From: an uncultured virus (IMG/VR IMGVR_UViG_2825527155_000001)
Lineage: Duplodnaviria; Heunggongvirae; Uroviricota; Caudoviricetes
Direction: 5' to 3' (one strand)
Virus record (IMG/VR): IMGVR_UViG_2825527155_000001
DNA: 64,000 nt
In this document: positions 51,078-61,539 of the stretch, in pieces
Position numbering within the stretch: position 1 is the first letter of the stretch
Layout of the letters: each line of letters begins with the position of its first letter
Notes under the pieces: model-generated
The model's database searches: none
Told to the model about the DNA's origin: nothing
Seen by the model: the letters and a program-made list of their open reading frames with translations, nothing else
Made by a program: the position numbers and the translations under genes

Positions 51078-52637
51078 ATGTTTGGTAAAATCAATCTAAC
51101 ATCCAAAGCAATATCATCATTATTATTAGATACAAAAAACCCAAGACTTAGTGGCTACAGAAAACAAGGAAAGTTAAAAACTGAAAAAGACATAATAAAT
51201 GTCATGATTTCTAACTATGCAATCAAAGAGTTAATTGCATCTATTTTAACGAATGGTTACCATCCAGATGAAGTATTATTTTCAATTCCTTGTGAAAATG
51301 GAAGCAATAAGAGAATTATAGTTGAAGGAAACAGAAGACTAACAGCCTGCAAGATATTAAAAAACCCTGACATTTTAAAAAACACCACGCACTCACATTT
51401 GATATCAAAAATTAAAAATCATAAAAACTATGAAGCCGCAGTTGAAACCATAAAGAAACTCAATATTATTGAACTAAAAGATCGTGCTGCAGCACGAACA
51501 TATATTGCGTCAAAACATACGAAAGAATCAATAAGAAGATGGAGTGTATATACACAAGGAGCATATTACATTGACCTTCTAAATGAATTCAAAACCATTA
51601 ATGATGTGCGTGCATCAATTAATAATACAGTTCCTATGTCCAGGGTGAAAAGCGTCATACTTTTCTCCAGGATAACCGATAAAATACTTGAAATCGAGAC
51701 TCTCACTCAACAAGAGAAAGACTTAATTCTTTCTGATATTGATAACGCCAAAGTAGAAGCAATTTTAAGACTAATCCAACGCTCTGAATTTAGAGAAAAA
51801 ATTGGAATAATCAGCCTTAATTCTTTTGGCGAGTTAATCACCAAGAAAATATCACCGACAGCATTTAAGTTTATACTTGCCCAAATGGCAAGAGATGCAC
51901 ACTTTACAAAAGAACTCACAACTCGACAAGAAAATGATGAAAAAACCAAACATTATATTGACAGACTAATTAAGATCGCTGAAAAATTCGCACCTTGCGA
52001 AGATGATGATAGTGATTTTTCAGAAGATGAGTTGAACCTTGACCTTTCAGATGATGGTGATGAGACGACCGAAACAAACCTTCTTGATGTCGATTCAAAA
52101 GATGGAGTAAAAGAAAAAAATGAGATGACTCCTTCTCAATCTCCTGTAAGAAAAAATAAACAAAATGTTTATCTCTTAAATAAAAAAACAGCATTCACAA
52201 ACTATCACCAAAAAATAGATGATTTAATAGAAGAAGCAAAAAGACTTCACTCAATCAGATTCAAGCATAGCGCAATGTTGCTGAGTAGAACACTTATACA
52301 AGTTATATTATCACACTTGATAAAACAATCACCCATGCATGAAGAATATAAAAAAACCAGTAAATACAAATACCTAGATTTAGATTCTTTGTTAGATTTC
52401 TTTAGCAAAAATTTTGCTAAAATATTCCCTAGTGAAGAAAACACTCCTGATGCGAAACTTATCAAACAAACAATCGCAAGCTATAAAGATTCAGGAAAAA
52501 TAATCGCTAACCTAACAACACATCACGACTTACACATACTAACAGACCAAGAAATCATTCATATACAAGGAAAACTACAGATTTTTGTTGATTACTTTAT
52601 CAACAAAATACAATGTGTCCATGAAAGCAATGATTAA
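51078..52637 (+). CDS. ParB-like N-terminal domain protein with possible HEPN-like C-terminus (candidate defence effector)
   Basis: LLDTKNPRL, VEGNRRLTACK; C-terminal LLSRTLIQ...ANLTTH; low GC. Confidence 0.7.
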   Translation: MFGKINLTSKAISSLLLDTKNPRLSGYRKQGKLKTEKDIINVMISNYAIKELIASILTNGYHPDEVLFSIPCENGSNKRIIVEGNRRLTACKILKNPDILKNTTHSHLISKIKNHKNYEAAVETIKKLNIIELKDRAAARTYIASKHTKESIRRWSVYTQGAYYIDLLNEFKTINDVRASINNTVPMSRVKSVILFSRITDKILEIETLTQQEKDLILSDIDNAKVEAILRLIQRSEFREKIGIISLNSFGELITKKISPTAFKFILAQMARDAHFTKELTTRQENDEKTKHYIDRLIKIAEKFAPCEDDDSDFSEDELNLDLSDDGDETTETNLLDVDSKDGVKEKNEMTPSQSPVRKNKQNVYLLNKKTAFTNYHQKIDDLIEEAKRLHSIRFKHSAMLLSRTLIQVILSHLIKQSPMHEEYKKTSKYKYLDLDSLLDFFSKNFAKIFPSEENTPDAKLIKQTIASYKDSGKIIANLTTHHDLHILTDQEIIHIQGKLQIFVDYFINKIQCVHESND

Positions 52638-52674
52638 GTATAATGCATTCGAGAAGTCACTAGGGATACAGTAA

Positions 52675-53640
52675 ATGCGAACGTACGAATTCGAATACAT
52701 AAAAAACATTAAAAAACAACTGGTTACAAAGATACCGGGGTCATCTACAATACCTTCAGGTATTTCTCCTTTCCGCTATCCTGGTGGCAAAGCAAAGCTG
52801 TCTAGTTTCATTGCTCTATTTGTTGTGACAAACAAATTAGAAGGATGCACTCTTGTTGAACCTTTTTGTGGTGGCGCGGGAGGTACCCTTCCACTATTAC
52901 ATGCCGGATTAATTGATCGACTGGTTCTCAACGATCTAAATCCTGGTGTATATAGCTTCTGGCTATCGCTAACCAAAAACACAAATGCATTAATAAACAT
53001 GATTGAAAATGAGCCAGTAACCATTGATGCTTGGCAACATTGGAGGGAGGTTTATTACTCAGAAGACCCCAAAAAACATACAACATTAGAAAAAGGTTTT
53101 GCAACTTTTTTCCTAAATAGAACAAATCGTTCTGGAATGCTACACGCGGGGCCTATTGGAGGACAAAAACAATCCAATTCAGATTATAAATTAGATTGTC
53201 GTTTTACTAAAAAAACATTAATACAGCGCATTGAAAGATTAGCTGTTTTATCTAATAAAATCTCTGTAAGTCAAAAGGACGCTTGTAACTCAATTCACAA
53301 CATTTCTTCAGATAGTTTTATATATGCAGATCCTCCATATGTTAAAGAGGGACGCAATATATATAGTGACTTTTGCTTCTCTGATGAAGATCATCGGCGA
53401 TTTTCATCAAAATTAAAAAGAAGCAAAGCTCATTGGTTATTGTCTTATGATGACCATCCCTTGATACATGAATTATATGAAAAAGCCGGAATTAACATCA
53501 TTGAATTAAGTTACGCCATAAATAAGGCTAAAATCGGAAGAGAGCTACTGATTGCATCAACAAACTCAAGACAACCGTCTTTTAATTTGATTGATACAGA
53601 AACTGTAACCATTATTGATAATATTTTAATAGCCAACTAA
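52675..53640 (+). CDS. DNA adenine methyltransferase (D12/Dam class)
   Basis: SPFRYPGGK, EPFCGGAG, NDLN, YADPPY, LSYD motifs. Confidence 0.92.
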   Translation: MRTYEFEYIKNIKKQLVTKIPGSSTIPSGISPFRYPGGKAKLSSFIALFVVTNKLEGCTLVEPFCGGAGGTLPLLHAGLIDRLVLNDLNPGVYSFWLSLTKNTNALINMIENEPVTIDAWQHWREVYYSEDPKKHTTLEKGFATFFLNRTNRSGMLHAGPIGGQKQSNSDYKLDCRFTKKTLIQRIERLAVLSNKISVSQKDACNSIHNISSDSFIYADPPYVKEGRNIYSDFCFSDEDHRRFSSKLKRSKAHWLLSYDDHPLIHELYEKAGINIIELSYAINKAKIGRELLIASTNSRQPSFNLIDTETVTIIDNILIAN

Positions 53641-53660
53641 GAGGGCTACGCCCTCTTCTT

Positions 53661-54005
53661 TTAGGCTAATATTGTTAATATCCCTTCAATAAAACCTAGC
53701 GCAGTCTGCAACTCCTTCCTTATCGTACCATCCGAGCACTTCCGCTTCTTCGCAATGGTCCGCAAAGAGATGCCAACAACGAAATGAGCTATGATCAACT
53801 CATATTCTTCCGGCTTATATTTCCGCAGGCGTGCCACACATCCATCAATCATGATACCTTCATCATCATCACATTGCAGGCGTGACTTTTTGCCATACGG
53901 TAGAAGCCCCTTAAATCCAGCCGCGATTGGCTGCCAGTCGACCCCACTACTATCTGCAGCAGCCCAGGCCCCCCAACGGTCCATAACATCATACATATCA
54001 CGCAT
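53661..54005 (-). CDS. Antitermination protein Q
   Basis: RWGAWAA...CDDDEG...GISLRTIAKKRKCSDG family pattern. Confidence 0.88.
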   Translation of the reverse strand: MRDMYDVMDRWGAWAAADSSGVDWQPIAAGFKGLLPYGKKSRLQCDDDEGIMIDGCVARLRKYKPEEYELIIAHFVVGISLRTIAKKRKCSDGTIRKELQTALGFIEGILTILA

Positions 54006-54976
54006 TACACCGCCGCCTTTTGTTTTTTCGTAAAGACCAGCTCACGGACCTGATCGCCGTTCATGAGCATGTCGTTAAAATCCCCGTTATCCGGGTAGTA
54101 GATGCTGATTTTTTCCAGGTCATTTTTTGCCAGTAAGTTGGCATGGGCGCATTCTGTGGCCGCAGCCAAACCGGTGGCACTGTTTTCGTCACGGTCAGCA
54201 AAAATAATGAGGTGCTTAACGCCAGCCGGAACGCGGAATTTCTTCATGAAGTTGGCCGTCATGGTTGCCCAGGTATTTACGTTATAAATCTGGTGCGCAG
54301 ACAGGGCTGTTTCGATGCCTTCGGCGATGCCAAGTGTGCTGGCGACCGGGAACATACGGATCGCTACTGAACGAGTGTGATCAAGATAATTGTCTTCCTG
54401 CAGGGATTTGAGACGCTTTGCACTAGCACCAATATCTGCCTTTTTAGCTCCGTCAAGCAATGTCTGATGCAGATAGCACAGTTCCCCTTTATCATCGGTG
54501 GCAAGAGCATAGAGAGCATGATAAATCCTGCCTGCATGTCGCTGCTTTTCGCAGAACCGAATCGCCTCAGAGGGTAATTTGTTGATCCCGCGCTGGCGCA
54601 GATACCCTTCCCCGTTAGTACCGCGCAAGGGCTGCAACGTCGCGAATTTACTGATAGCGCACTGGCGCAATTTCGCCGCCGAACTGTTGACCGGGATTTT
54701 CACCCGCTGGTAATCATTTCCGATCAGACGGTCTATTTCCCCGCAAACCTCGTTAAATGGCTTCCCCTGTGTCAGGGTGACAAGCTTCATACCATCGCCG
54801 CTACCACATACACAGATCCATGTCCCGGCACCGTCGCGGTCGTCAATGCGGAACTTGCCACGTGCACCGCATACCGGGCACTCGCCCCTGTAGTGATTTT
54901 TTCCGGTTATTGGCGGCAGGTTGAAATGCTCTAAAATTTCAGGCCAGCGGCCTTTCGCCGCTTCTGCTGTTTTCAC
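54005..54976 (-). CDS. DNA primase (Zn finger + TOPRIM)
   Basis: CPVCG...CVC, IAEGIETALS, FADRD, GDFND. Confidence 0.88.
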   Translation of the reverse strand: MKTAEAAKGRWPEILEHFNLPPITGKNHYRGECPVCGARGKFRIDDRDGAGTWICVCGSGDGMKLVTLTQGKPFNEVCGEIDRLIGNDYQRVKIPVNSSAAKLRQCAISKFATLQPLRGTNGEGYLRQRGINKLPSEAIRFCEKQRHAGRIYHALYALATDDKGELCYLHQTLLDGAKKADIGASAKRLKSLQEDNYLDHTRSVAIRMFPVASTLGIAEGIETALSAHQIYNVNTWATMTANFMKKFRVPAGVKHLIIFADRDENSATGLAAATECAHANLLAKNDLEKISIYYPDNGDFNDMLMNGDQVRELVFTKKQKAAV

Positions 54977-56604
54977 GCGGTTCTTCTCCCAAGCATACTG
55001 CGAATATTCTCTACCTGGCGTTTTGCACTTATTACCTTGTGGGTAATGTCTGAGTCGGGAATGGGGCTGGCAGTTTCAGCTGATGCGGCCGCCTTCCCCT
55101 TTCCTTTTGCATATCTGATAAGTTTGTGTCTGATGTAGTTGCTTACCTCTGGGGTAATTTCCATCGGGAAGTCACTCAGGTCATTCGGCCATTCACCGAA
55201 CTTTTCCCGGAAGGTGTGAGCGCACCAGCCATCACTGACGGGCTTTTTCCCCTGCGATACGCGCTGGCGCTGATAAAACTTGATCTGACTCCACCAGGCC
55301 TGTTTCTGTGCCTTTGTGGATTGGTGCTGGTTTTTACCCAGCTTTTTGAGTTTGCGGCCGGTGTCAGTATCGACGTCCTCACCGCCCAGCGGCTTATGTC
55401 CGCATTTCGGGCATACGTACACACCAGCGGGTTTCATGTAGTGGCATTGAGAACATTCGTGCGGCAGCTTTTCGTCCCGTTCCTCAGCTGCGCGGCGCAC
55501 ACTTTCCTCCATGCCGTCAGACTTACCGGGGAGATCGTCATACTCGATAGAATCCGGATAACCAAGGCGGTGCACAGTGCCGCTGTGATCGAAGATGAGG
55601 CAGGACTCTTTACCCGGTGCAGTGCGCAGGCCACGCCCGAGCGCCTGCAACCAGCGAATTTCGCTTTTTGTTGGTCTGGCGTAGATGATGCAGCGAACGT
55701 CACTGTCGAATCCGGCAACCAACACGCCCACGCTGACGATGATTTTCGTGGCGCCAGTTTCAAAACGATGGATGATAGTCTGACGTTCTTCTGTTGGCGT
55801 GTCGGCGGTCATGACCTCAGCATTCACGCCAGCCTGGTTAAACTGAATAGTCAGAAAATTGGCATGGGCTACGTTCACGCAGAACGCAATTGTCGGCAGG
55901 TCACGTCCGTTCTCCAGCCAGTTCTGGACAATATCGCCCACCAGCGTAGAGCCACACATGATTTCAGCCAACTGCGTTTCGTTGTAATCGTTGCCGTACT
56001 CAAGCGAAGACTTGGTTTTTACGCCTTTCAGATCCGGCTTTGTTGGCGCGTAAAATTCGTATTTACTCAGATCGCCACGCTGGATCAGCTCGCCGATGGT
56101 AGTCGGCTTAATCAGTCGGTCATAGTATTTGCCCAGGAACGGGGAAAATGGCGTACCCGACAGGCCAATCACTTTTACGCCTTTGCCGCGCAGGCGTTCG
56201 ATGTCCTTCAGGATGCGTTTTTTACGCAGGTGAGCTTCGTCGATAATCAGCAGATCGATATTGTCAGGAAACACACGGCGAATCAGAGTGTCGGCGCTGG
56301 CAATCTGGATTTTCCGGTCCGGATCGTAGTTGGGGTGATCCGCCCAGATATAACCGATGTCATCCCCCGGTAATCCGTACTCCACGAAACGATTAGCCGT
56401 CTGACCAATCAGGATGGTGTACGGCGCACAAAACAGAACACGCATACCACGGCTGACGAACCCGGCAACGATGAAGGCTGCTAACCCCGTTTTGCCGCTG
56501 CCAGTGGGCGCATACACCATGAAAGTATTATGCGACTTCCAGTCACGGCGCAGCATGTTCAGCGCGCGTTCCTGTGCAAAATTCGGCGTGATCGTCAGCT
56601 GCAT
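54973..56604 (-). CDS. SF2 DEAD/DEAH-box helicase
   Basis: APTGSGKT, DEAH, SGTP, QALGRGLR, C-terminal Zn finger. Confidence 0.92.
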   Translation of the reverse strand: MQLTITPNFAQERALNMLRRDWKSHNTFMVYAPTGSGKTGLAAFIVAGFVSRGMRVLFCAPYTILIGQTANRFVEYGLPGDDIGYIWADHPNYDPDRKIQIASADTLIRRVFPDNIDLLIIDEAHLRKKRILKDIERLRGKGVKVIGLSGTPFSPFLGKYYDRLIKPTTIGELIQRGDLSKYEFYAPTKPDLKGVKTKSSLEYGNDYNETQLAEIMCGSTLVGDIVQNWLENGRDLPTIAFCVNVAHANFLTIQFNQAGVNAEVMTADTPTEERQTIIHRFETGATKIIVSVGVLVAGFDSDVRCIIYARPTKSEIRWLQALGRGLRTAPGKESCLIFDHSGTVHRLGYPDSIEYDDLPGKSDGMEESVRRAAEERDEKLPHECSQCHYMKPAGVYVCPKCGHKPLGGEDVDTDTGRKLKKLGKNQHQSTKAQKQAWWSQIKFYQRQRVSQGKKPVSDGWCAHTFREKFGEWPNDLSDFPMEITPEVSNYIRHKLIRYAKGKGKAAASAETASPIPDSDITHKVISAKRQVENIRSMLGRRTA

Positions 56605-57026
56605 TGTGCGGACCCCGCGGTAATGAGATAATAATTTTGTGATGTGGTTTTCATGGATTCCCCCTCACATGGCTGGTGGCCTCCCCAAAGGCTGCCAGCC
56701 TCCCTTCTGATTCAGCTCCCCTGAAAAATCACTCTTCCAGAAAGAACCATTACGTTTTCAGTGCCTGACCTTTATGTACTATCTTGCTGATACAGGCGTT
56801 TTTATTACTGCCCTACTACAGAGATCTACTTAACCTATGGATCTCTCCTGTTGGAAAAGGCGCTATTCCTTCCCCTACACCCAATCCCCCCTTACCCCCC
56901 TTTCCCTCTTCCCCATAAAAATGTACTACTTTACTAGTGCGCATGATGGTATTGGTCAGTTGGTTGCCAACCTGAACAGGCACCTTTAAGCCTGTTTCTG
57001 TTCGGGTACCTTTAAACCCGAAACAA

Positions 57027-57320
57027 TCAGGATCGCAATCGCGATCCTGCCAGGGGCGGTTGAGTCGTGTACCCCTGAATTGCTCGTCCGTATGTTTCAA
57101 CGAACCTGCGAAGCCTCACGTTGGCCTCATGCCTTGCCCGGTTCTCCTTGCGGTATGACACGAGTTCAGCATCAAATGTGATTTCGTAAACCTCGCCATA
57201 CTTCAGCGCGACTTTACGCCGCAGTGACTGAGGTAAACCCAGTAACTGCTGTTGAATCCATGCAGCGTCTGCCTGGCTGTAAAGCGATGGCATTTCAACC
57301 TGCACATAGTCCGGGCACAC
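57027..57320 (-). CDS. Hypothetical phage protein
   Basis: GGAGGTG RBS, in the early operon. Confidence 0.65.
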   Translation of the reverse strand: MCPDYVQVEMPSLYSQADAAWIQQQLLGLPQSLRRKVALKYGEVYEITFDAELVSYRKENRARHEANVRLRRFVETYGRAIQGYTTQPPLAGSRLRS

Positions 57321-57331
57321 ATCACCTCCGG

Positions 57332-57588
57332 TTAAAACAGACTGCTCTGGCCCTTACGGCGCGTTTGCTTCTTTCCCGCGCCACGTTCCGCCAGGGTTGT
57401 CTGACCAGGTGCCCACTGTCGTGCACGAAAAAGACAGTCAGCGAACATGCTTCCCTTTCGACTGGCCTGTGAGCTGCGTCGGTAGTAATCAACACCATGC
57501 ACAGCCCCCGCCTGGCGATTTCCGCCGGAAACCCTTCATCCACCAGCGCATCGGTGATGTGTTTTGCTATGAAATCTGTCGGATTCAC
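57332..57588 (-). pseudogene. Phage hypothetical gene with an apparent 1-nt deletion in a G5 run (57505-57509)
   Basis: GTG start with GGAGG RBS; adding one G gives ...HGVDYYRRSSQASRKGSMFADCL...SLF and a stop just before the next gene. Confidence 0.5.
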
Positions 57589-57668
57589 TGTGACACCTCC
57601 GTTGGTGCCGAACCTTCCCCCGGTGATACTCTCGGTTTTCCACAACTAAGAACCGAAGGAGGTTCGAC

Positions 57669-58136
57669 ATGACTTTAAAATCAGTTCACAAACAGCTAAA
57701 AGAGCATCTTTATGCTCTGTATTCGGTTTTACCTGCGTCCGCGAAAGCACTTGAACTTCGAAATCGAACTAGTTGTCGCGCTATTGCCTTGACTTTTCTT
57801 CACCAGGCAATCATGGATTACAAACGCAGCCATGCACTGCTAGGCTTATCTTCCCGGGAAGCAATCATTCACATGCTTTACGAGGATGCAGGGCTTACAA
57901 TTACTGACCTGGAACAAATTCAGCCTTCGCTTGTACTGAAAATTATCGATCCTCGTCTTGCCCAAATAGACGCCAGTGCTTCTCCTGATTTTTCTGCAAC
58001 GGTTCAAGAAATGGCTCAATGGCTTGAAGGCAACTCCGAATGGATTTCGAGGTCTCATGAAGCAACTTCAGATCTTCCTGAATTAAAATGGTCAGATCTT
58101 CCGGGCGAGTTGTTTCCACTAACTCCAGGTAAGTAA
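57669..58136 (+). CDS. Hypothetical phage-associated protein, antisense to the early operon
   Basis: AAGGAGG RBS, 155 aa. Confidence 0.65.
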   Translation: MTLKSVHKQLKEHLYALYSVLPASAKALELRNRTSCRAIALTFLHQAIMDYKRSHALLGLSSREAIIHMLYEDAGLTITDLEQIQPSLVLKIIDPRLAQIDASASPDFSATVQEMAQWLEGNSEWISRSHEATSDLPELKWSDLPGELFPLTPGK

Positions 58137-58348
58137 TTTTCCTCGACATATCGTCAAGTACATCTCGTAAACCGTCAGCTAAGGAAGGCTGACGTTTTAT
58201 GGCATACCGTAAGGGTCCACCGTAATTCATCTCTTCAGCCGCTTCCGCTAACTCCTTGAGGCAACGATTTATTTGACGATCAGTCATTCCAGTCGCACTA
58301 ATTTTGATTTTGTTATCCATATTTCCTCCCGCTGTCTACTGTGACATG

Positions 58349-58594
58349 TCACGCCTCCGGTTGGTTACTTTGCCCATCTTCTGTGTGCGCCAGGCTTGGG
58401 TGTGTATATGGAATGTTCGGATCCAGGTGGCAAAGAATGGCAACATCCTCAGGTACGCCTCGCGTTTTCCACTTGCCAACCGCCTGACCACTTCTCGGCT
58501 TCCCTTTTCTTGGGAAACGGCGCCCGATTGCGGCATTTGAGTCATATACCGCCAACAAGGTTTTATATAGGTTCACGGTCATCCTCGTAATCAA
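58349..58594 (-). CDS. Cro-like repressor
   Basis: Divergent from cI; SGQAVGKWK.RGVP HTH; start may be downstream. Confidence 0.7.
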   Translation of the reverse strand: MITRMTVNLYKTLLAVYDSNAAIGRRFPRKGKPRSGQAVGKWKTRGVPEDVAILCHLDPNIPYTHPSLAHTEDGQSNQPEA

Positions 58595-58682
58595 TGTTTC
58601 GAAAAATGATAAACAACCGAAACCTATATTACAATCATTTTTGATATATTCCTTTCGACACTTTCATATCGGAGGTTTTGTG

Positions 58683-59336
58683 ATGGCAAGTACATTTGGC
58701 GAAAGACTGTTGGCGCGTAGAAATGAGTTGGGGTTATCACAAGATGACTTAGCTAAGAAGACTGGCGTATCAAGGGTGACTATCAGCAAAATAGAGCTTG
58801 GTGACTCACAAGATACAAGGTCTGCCAACTTATTCAGAATAGCGGAAGCGCTGAAATGCTCACCACGCTGGTTGCTTGACGGCACCGAAGAGGAAAGTGC
58901 CGCAATTGATAAAAATGTTACCAACCCCAAGATTAACCACCACACAAGCTACCGTTATCCCAAACTAACTTGGGTAAGTGCCGGTCCCTGGAATTGTGAA
59001 GACTACCCATGCTATCCCGATGATTGGATTGGAAGTGATGTGAATGCTGGAGAAAACGGTTTCTGGCTTGATGTTCGTGGTGACTCCATGACATCTCCGG
59101 GGGATTTTTCTATTTTTGAAGGTATGGAAATTTTAGTTAGTCCCGAACAAGAAGTTCACTCAGGGAAATATGTAGTTGCCAGACTGAAAGACTCAGGAGA
59201 GGCAACACTTAAGCAATACGTTGAAGATGCAGGTCAGCGGTTCCTTAAGCCACTGAACCCGCGATACCCAATAATACCGATAAATGGGAACTGTGAAATC
59301 GTTGGTGTCGTGGTCGAAATGAGAATGAAGGTCTAG
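58683..59336 (+). CDS. cI: CI-like repressor (HTH + S24 peptidase)
   Basis: Xre HTH, VSAG cleavage site, GDSM and TLK catalytic dyad. Confidence 0.92.
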   Translation: MASTFGERLLARRNELGLSQDDLAKKTGVSRVTISKIELGDSQDTRSANLFRIAEALKCSPRWLLDGTEEESAAIDKNVTNPKINHHTSYRYPKLTWVSAGPWNCEDYPCYPDDWIGSDVNAGENGFWLDVRGDSMTSPGDFSIFEGMEILVSPEQEVHSGKYVVARLKDSGEATLKQYVEDAGQRFLKPLNPRYPIIPINGNCEIVGVVVEMRMKV

Positions 59337-59423
59337 CTCGAAACTTTTCTTGCGGGATGTATTGACTCTTTATAAATTCGCTCGTAATCTTTATTTCGAA
59401 ACGCAGGTTACGAGGAATTGATT

Positions 59424-60083
59424 ATGTCAACTGCATCACTGAATGCGATAAAACAAATTGAAACACTCCAGGTAGAGGCCCTGGAGTCATGCTCCAATAG
59501 CGCCAAGAAGGTTTTACTTGAAATCGCTATCGAAAAAACACAAGCACTTAAAGAAATCATTAACAATCAGCCTCTATTTTCCCCCTACACTGCGGGATTG
59601 ACCATCGGCGACCGCATCCAGCTCGCCCGCGAGAGCCTCGGCATGAGTCATGACGACCTTGCGGAGAAGCTCGATATTCACCCTGGCGGTGTTTTAGCTT
59701 GGGAGGACGGTGACGACCAGCCGATGGCTGGCATGGTCATCCCACTCGCAAACGCCCTCAAATGCGATCCGATGTGGCTGCTGACGGGGGAGAGTCGTCA
59801 CGAATCCTCCGGTTGCGCAGAAACGCCACAGGCTCCCGTAAAAGTCACGCAGGGTGTGGATATGCATGGTATCGGTAAGCGCATCCGGAAAGCACGTGTT
59901 GATAAGCGCATGTACACCGAAGAACTTGAGAACGCCATTAGCGCGGATGAGGGCGAGGTATTCCGCTGGGAAACCGAAAAGACCGTACCACCCGCTCTGT
60001 ATATCGACAAACTGGCTAAAGTGCTTGATGTCAGTGTGACCTGGTTGCTGACAGGGAAAGAAGTAGAGGTGTCCCATGGATAA
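59424..60083 (+). CDS. Tandem Xre-HTH protein
   Basis: Two HTH domains, each ending WLLTG. Confidence 0.85.
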   Translation: MSTASLNAIKQIETLQVEALESCSNSAKKVLLEIAIEKTQALKEIINNQPLFSPYTAGLTIGDRIQLARESLGMSHDDLAEKLDIHPGGVLAWEDGDDQPMAGMVIPLANALKCDPMWLLTGESRHESSGCAETPQAPVKVTQGVDMHGIGKRIRKARVDKRMYTEELENAISADEGEVFRWETEKTVPPALYIDKLAKVLDVSVTWLLTGKEVEVSHG

Positions 60084-60261
60084 TTACGAAGGCATTTGTC
60101 TGAAGCCTGATTCATTTGCGGTAAATATTCATCACTTATTGCGTGCAATACTGGTATTGCATATGTCCAGTAATCACGAAACAAATACACTCGGCAGCGA
60201 GATTCTGGACTTTGCATGTGAATATGCAAAAGCTGCTGCCGAAAAAAAATTAGCGCAATAA
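60076..60261 (+). CDS. Hypothetical protein
   Basis: GAGG RBS, coupled ORF. Confidence 0.55.
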   Translation: MDNYEGICLKPDSFAVNIHHLLRAILVLHMSSNHETNTLGSEILDFACEYAKAAAEKKLAQ

Positions 60262-60337
60262 CAATAAATACCCCCTGAACGTTTATTACGGTTTTATCGC
60301 CGGGGTATTGCTCAATCTGAATTTAATGGAGAATAAA

Positions 60338-60661
60338 ATGAAAGATATCGTTATCAGCAATGAAGTTAAACAGAGAATAGAACAATTGATGAAACAGCTT
60401 CACACTTTGTGTGCGGATAACAATGTACCAATGGTAGCCAGCGTTGTTCTTGGACGCACGGAAACAAATGAAGGCATAAACATCAACAAAGCGGTATCCA
60501 CTTTTATTGATAGCTGGACAGGTGCATTTGACTCAACCTTAGTCGCAGCGATTGAGATTCTCCAGCTTAACAGGGTTCCACCCTCTGCAATCGAAATTCT
60601 TTCCACTCTACGAAAGAACATTGAGCAGAACAGAAAAACTCCAGGTAAAAATTTTCACTAA
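60338..60661 (+). CDS. Hypothetical protein
   Basis: GGAG RBS; start approximate. Confidence 0.6.
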   Translation: MKDIVISNEVKQRIEQLMKQLHTLCADNNVPMVASVVLGRTETNEGININKAVSTFIDSWTGAFDSTLVAAIEILQLNRVPPSAIEILSTLRKNIEQNRKTPGKNFH

Positions 60662-60795
60662 TTAACTCGGGCGTAAATCATGTCACATGTTAGAGATAAA
60701 GCCGCATATAAAACAGCAAGACTATTTGTCTCTTACGGCAACAGCTACCTGCATATTGCCAGGCTTTTTCTGCGCAAAGCATACGAAAGGTAAAT

Positions 60796-61005
60796 ATGTG
60801 GAACCCGAAAGAAAATGACAACATTGAAGACACGGCGCTCTCCGCCAGAAGTCTTAATGAACTACTGGACCTGATGCATATCAGCTTTAAAAAAATGAAC
60901 CCTCTCCAGACTGAGAGACTTTTGGGGCTTGCTCTCAATATCTCATCAGATATTTCTGTCTGGATGGATGAAGAGGAGAAGCACCGTGAAAAACAACACA
61001 ATTGA
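60796..61005 (+). CDS. Hypothetical protein
   Basis: ORF in the early leftward-type operon. Confidence 0.55.
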   Translation: MWNPKENDNIEDTALSARSLNELLDLMHISFKKMNPLQTERLLGLALNISSDISVWMDEEEKHREKQHN

Positions 61006-61342
61006 AATTTACCGTCGTCGAATTGCTATTGCAGCACTGGAGAGAATGAAACGCAAGACAGGCGCTCATCGTCTTACCGTTTCAATGCCAGATGACAATA
61101 TCCAGTTTATTGATATTGACGAAGAAGCGATGCTGCAACTATTACAGTTTTTCGAAAAACAGGCGCGAAATGAATTTGCAGCAGAAGCAGAAACGTTTCT
61201 TCGCCAGACGTATATAAAAAGTGTCGATATTAATGGACACACAGAATATCTGACCGAAACAGGGAAGATGATTGTTGACGAGATTTTTGCGGAATTAATT
61301 AAACACGCAAAAGAGAAATATGCTAACAGAGGAATTAACTGA
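60986..61342 (+). CDS. Hypothetical protein
   Basis: GAGGAG RBS before GTG; start approximate. Confidence 0.55.
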   Translation: MKNNTIEIYRRRIAIAALERMKRKTGAHRLTVSMPDDNIQFIDIDEEAMLQLLQFFEKQARNEFAAEAETFLRQTYIKSVDINGHTEYLTETGKMIVDEIFAELIKHAKEKYANRGIN

Positions 61343-61539
61343 TGACTAATCCCCCCTCTATTACGCACAAAAAAATGCAGGTGGTTATGACGATTGAAAA
61401 CGGTCAGGTAATTAACATCCGTAATGTTCGCGATAACGAACTGATTGCCAGCATGGACACCTTCTTCTGGATGGCGAAGAAAGCCGGTTACAAGGTTATC
61501 CCACCAGCAGACGAAACAGCACAGGAGCAAAACGCATGA
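61342..61539 (+). CDS. Hypothetical protein
   Basis: Coupled ORF with GAGG RBS. Confidence 0.6.
   Translation: MTNPPSITHKKMQVVMTIENGQVINIRNVRDNELIASMDTFFWMAKKAGYKVIPPADETAQEQNA

Noticed and set aside
55126..56373. 415-aa + strand ORF
   Set aside because: Antisense shadow of the helicase gene with no recognisable motifs
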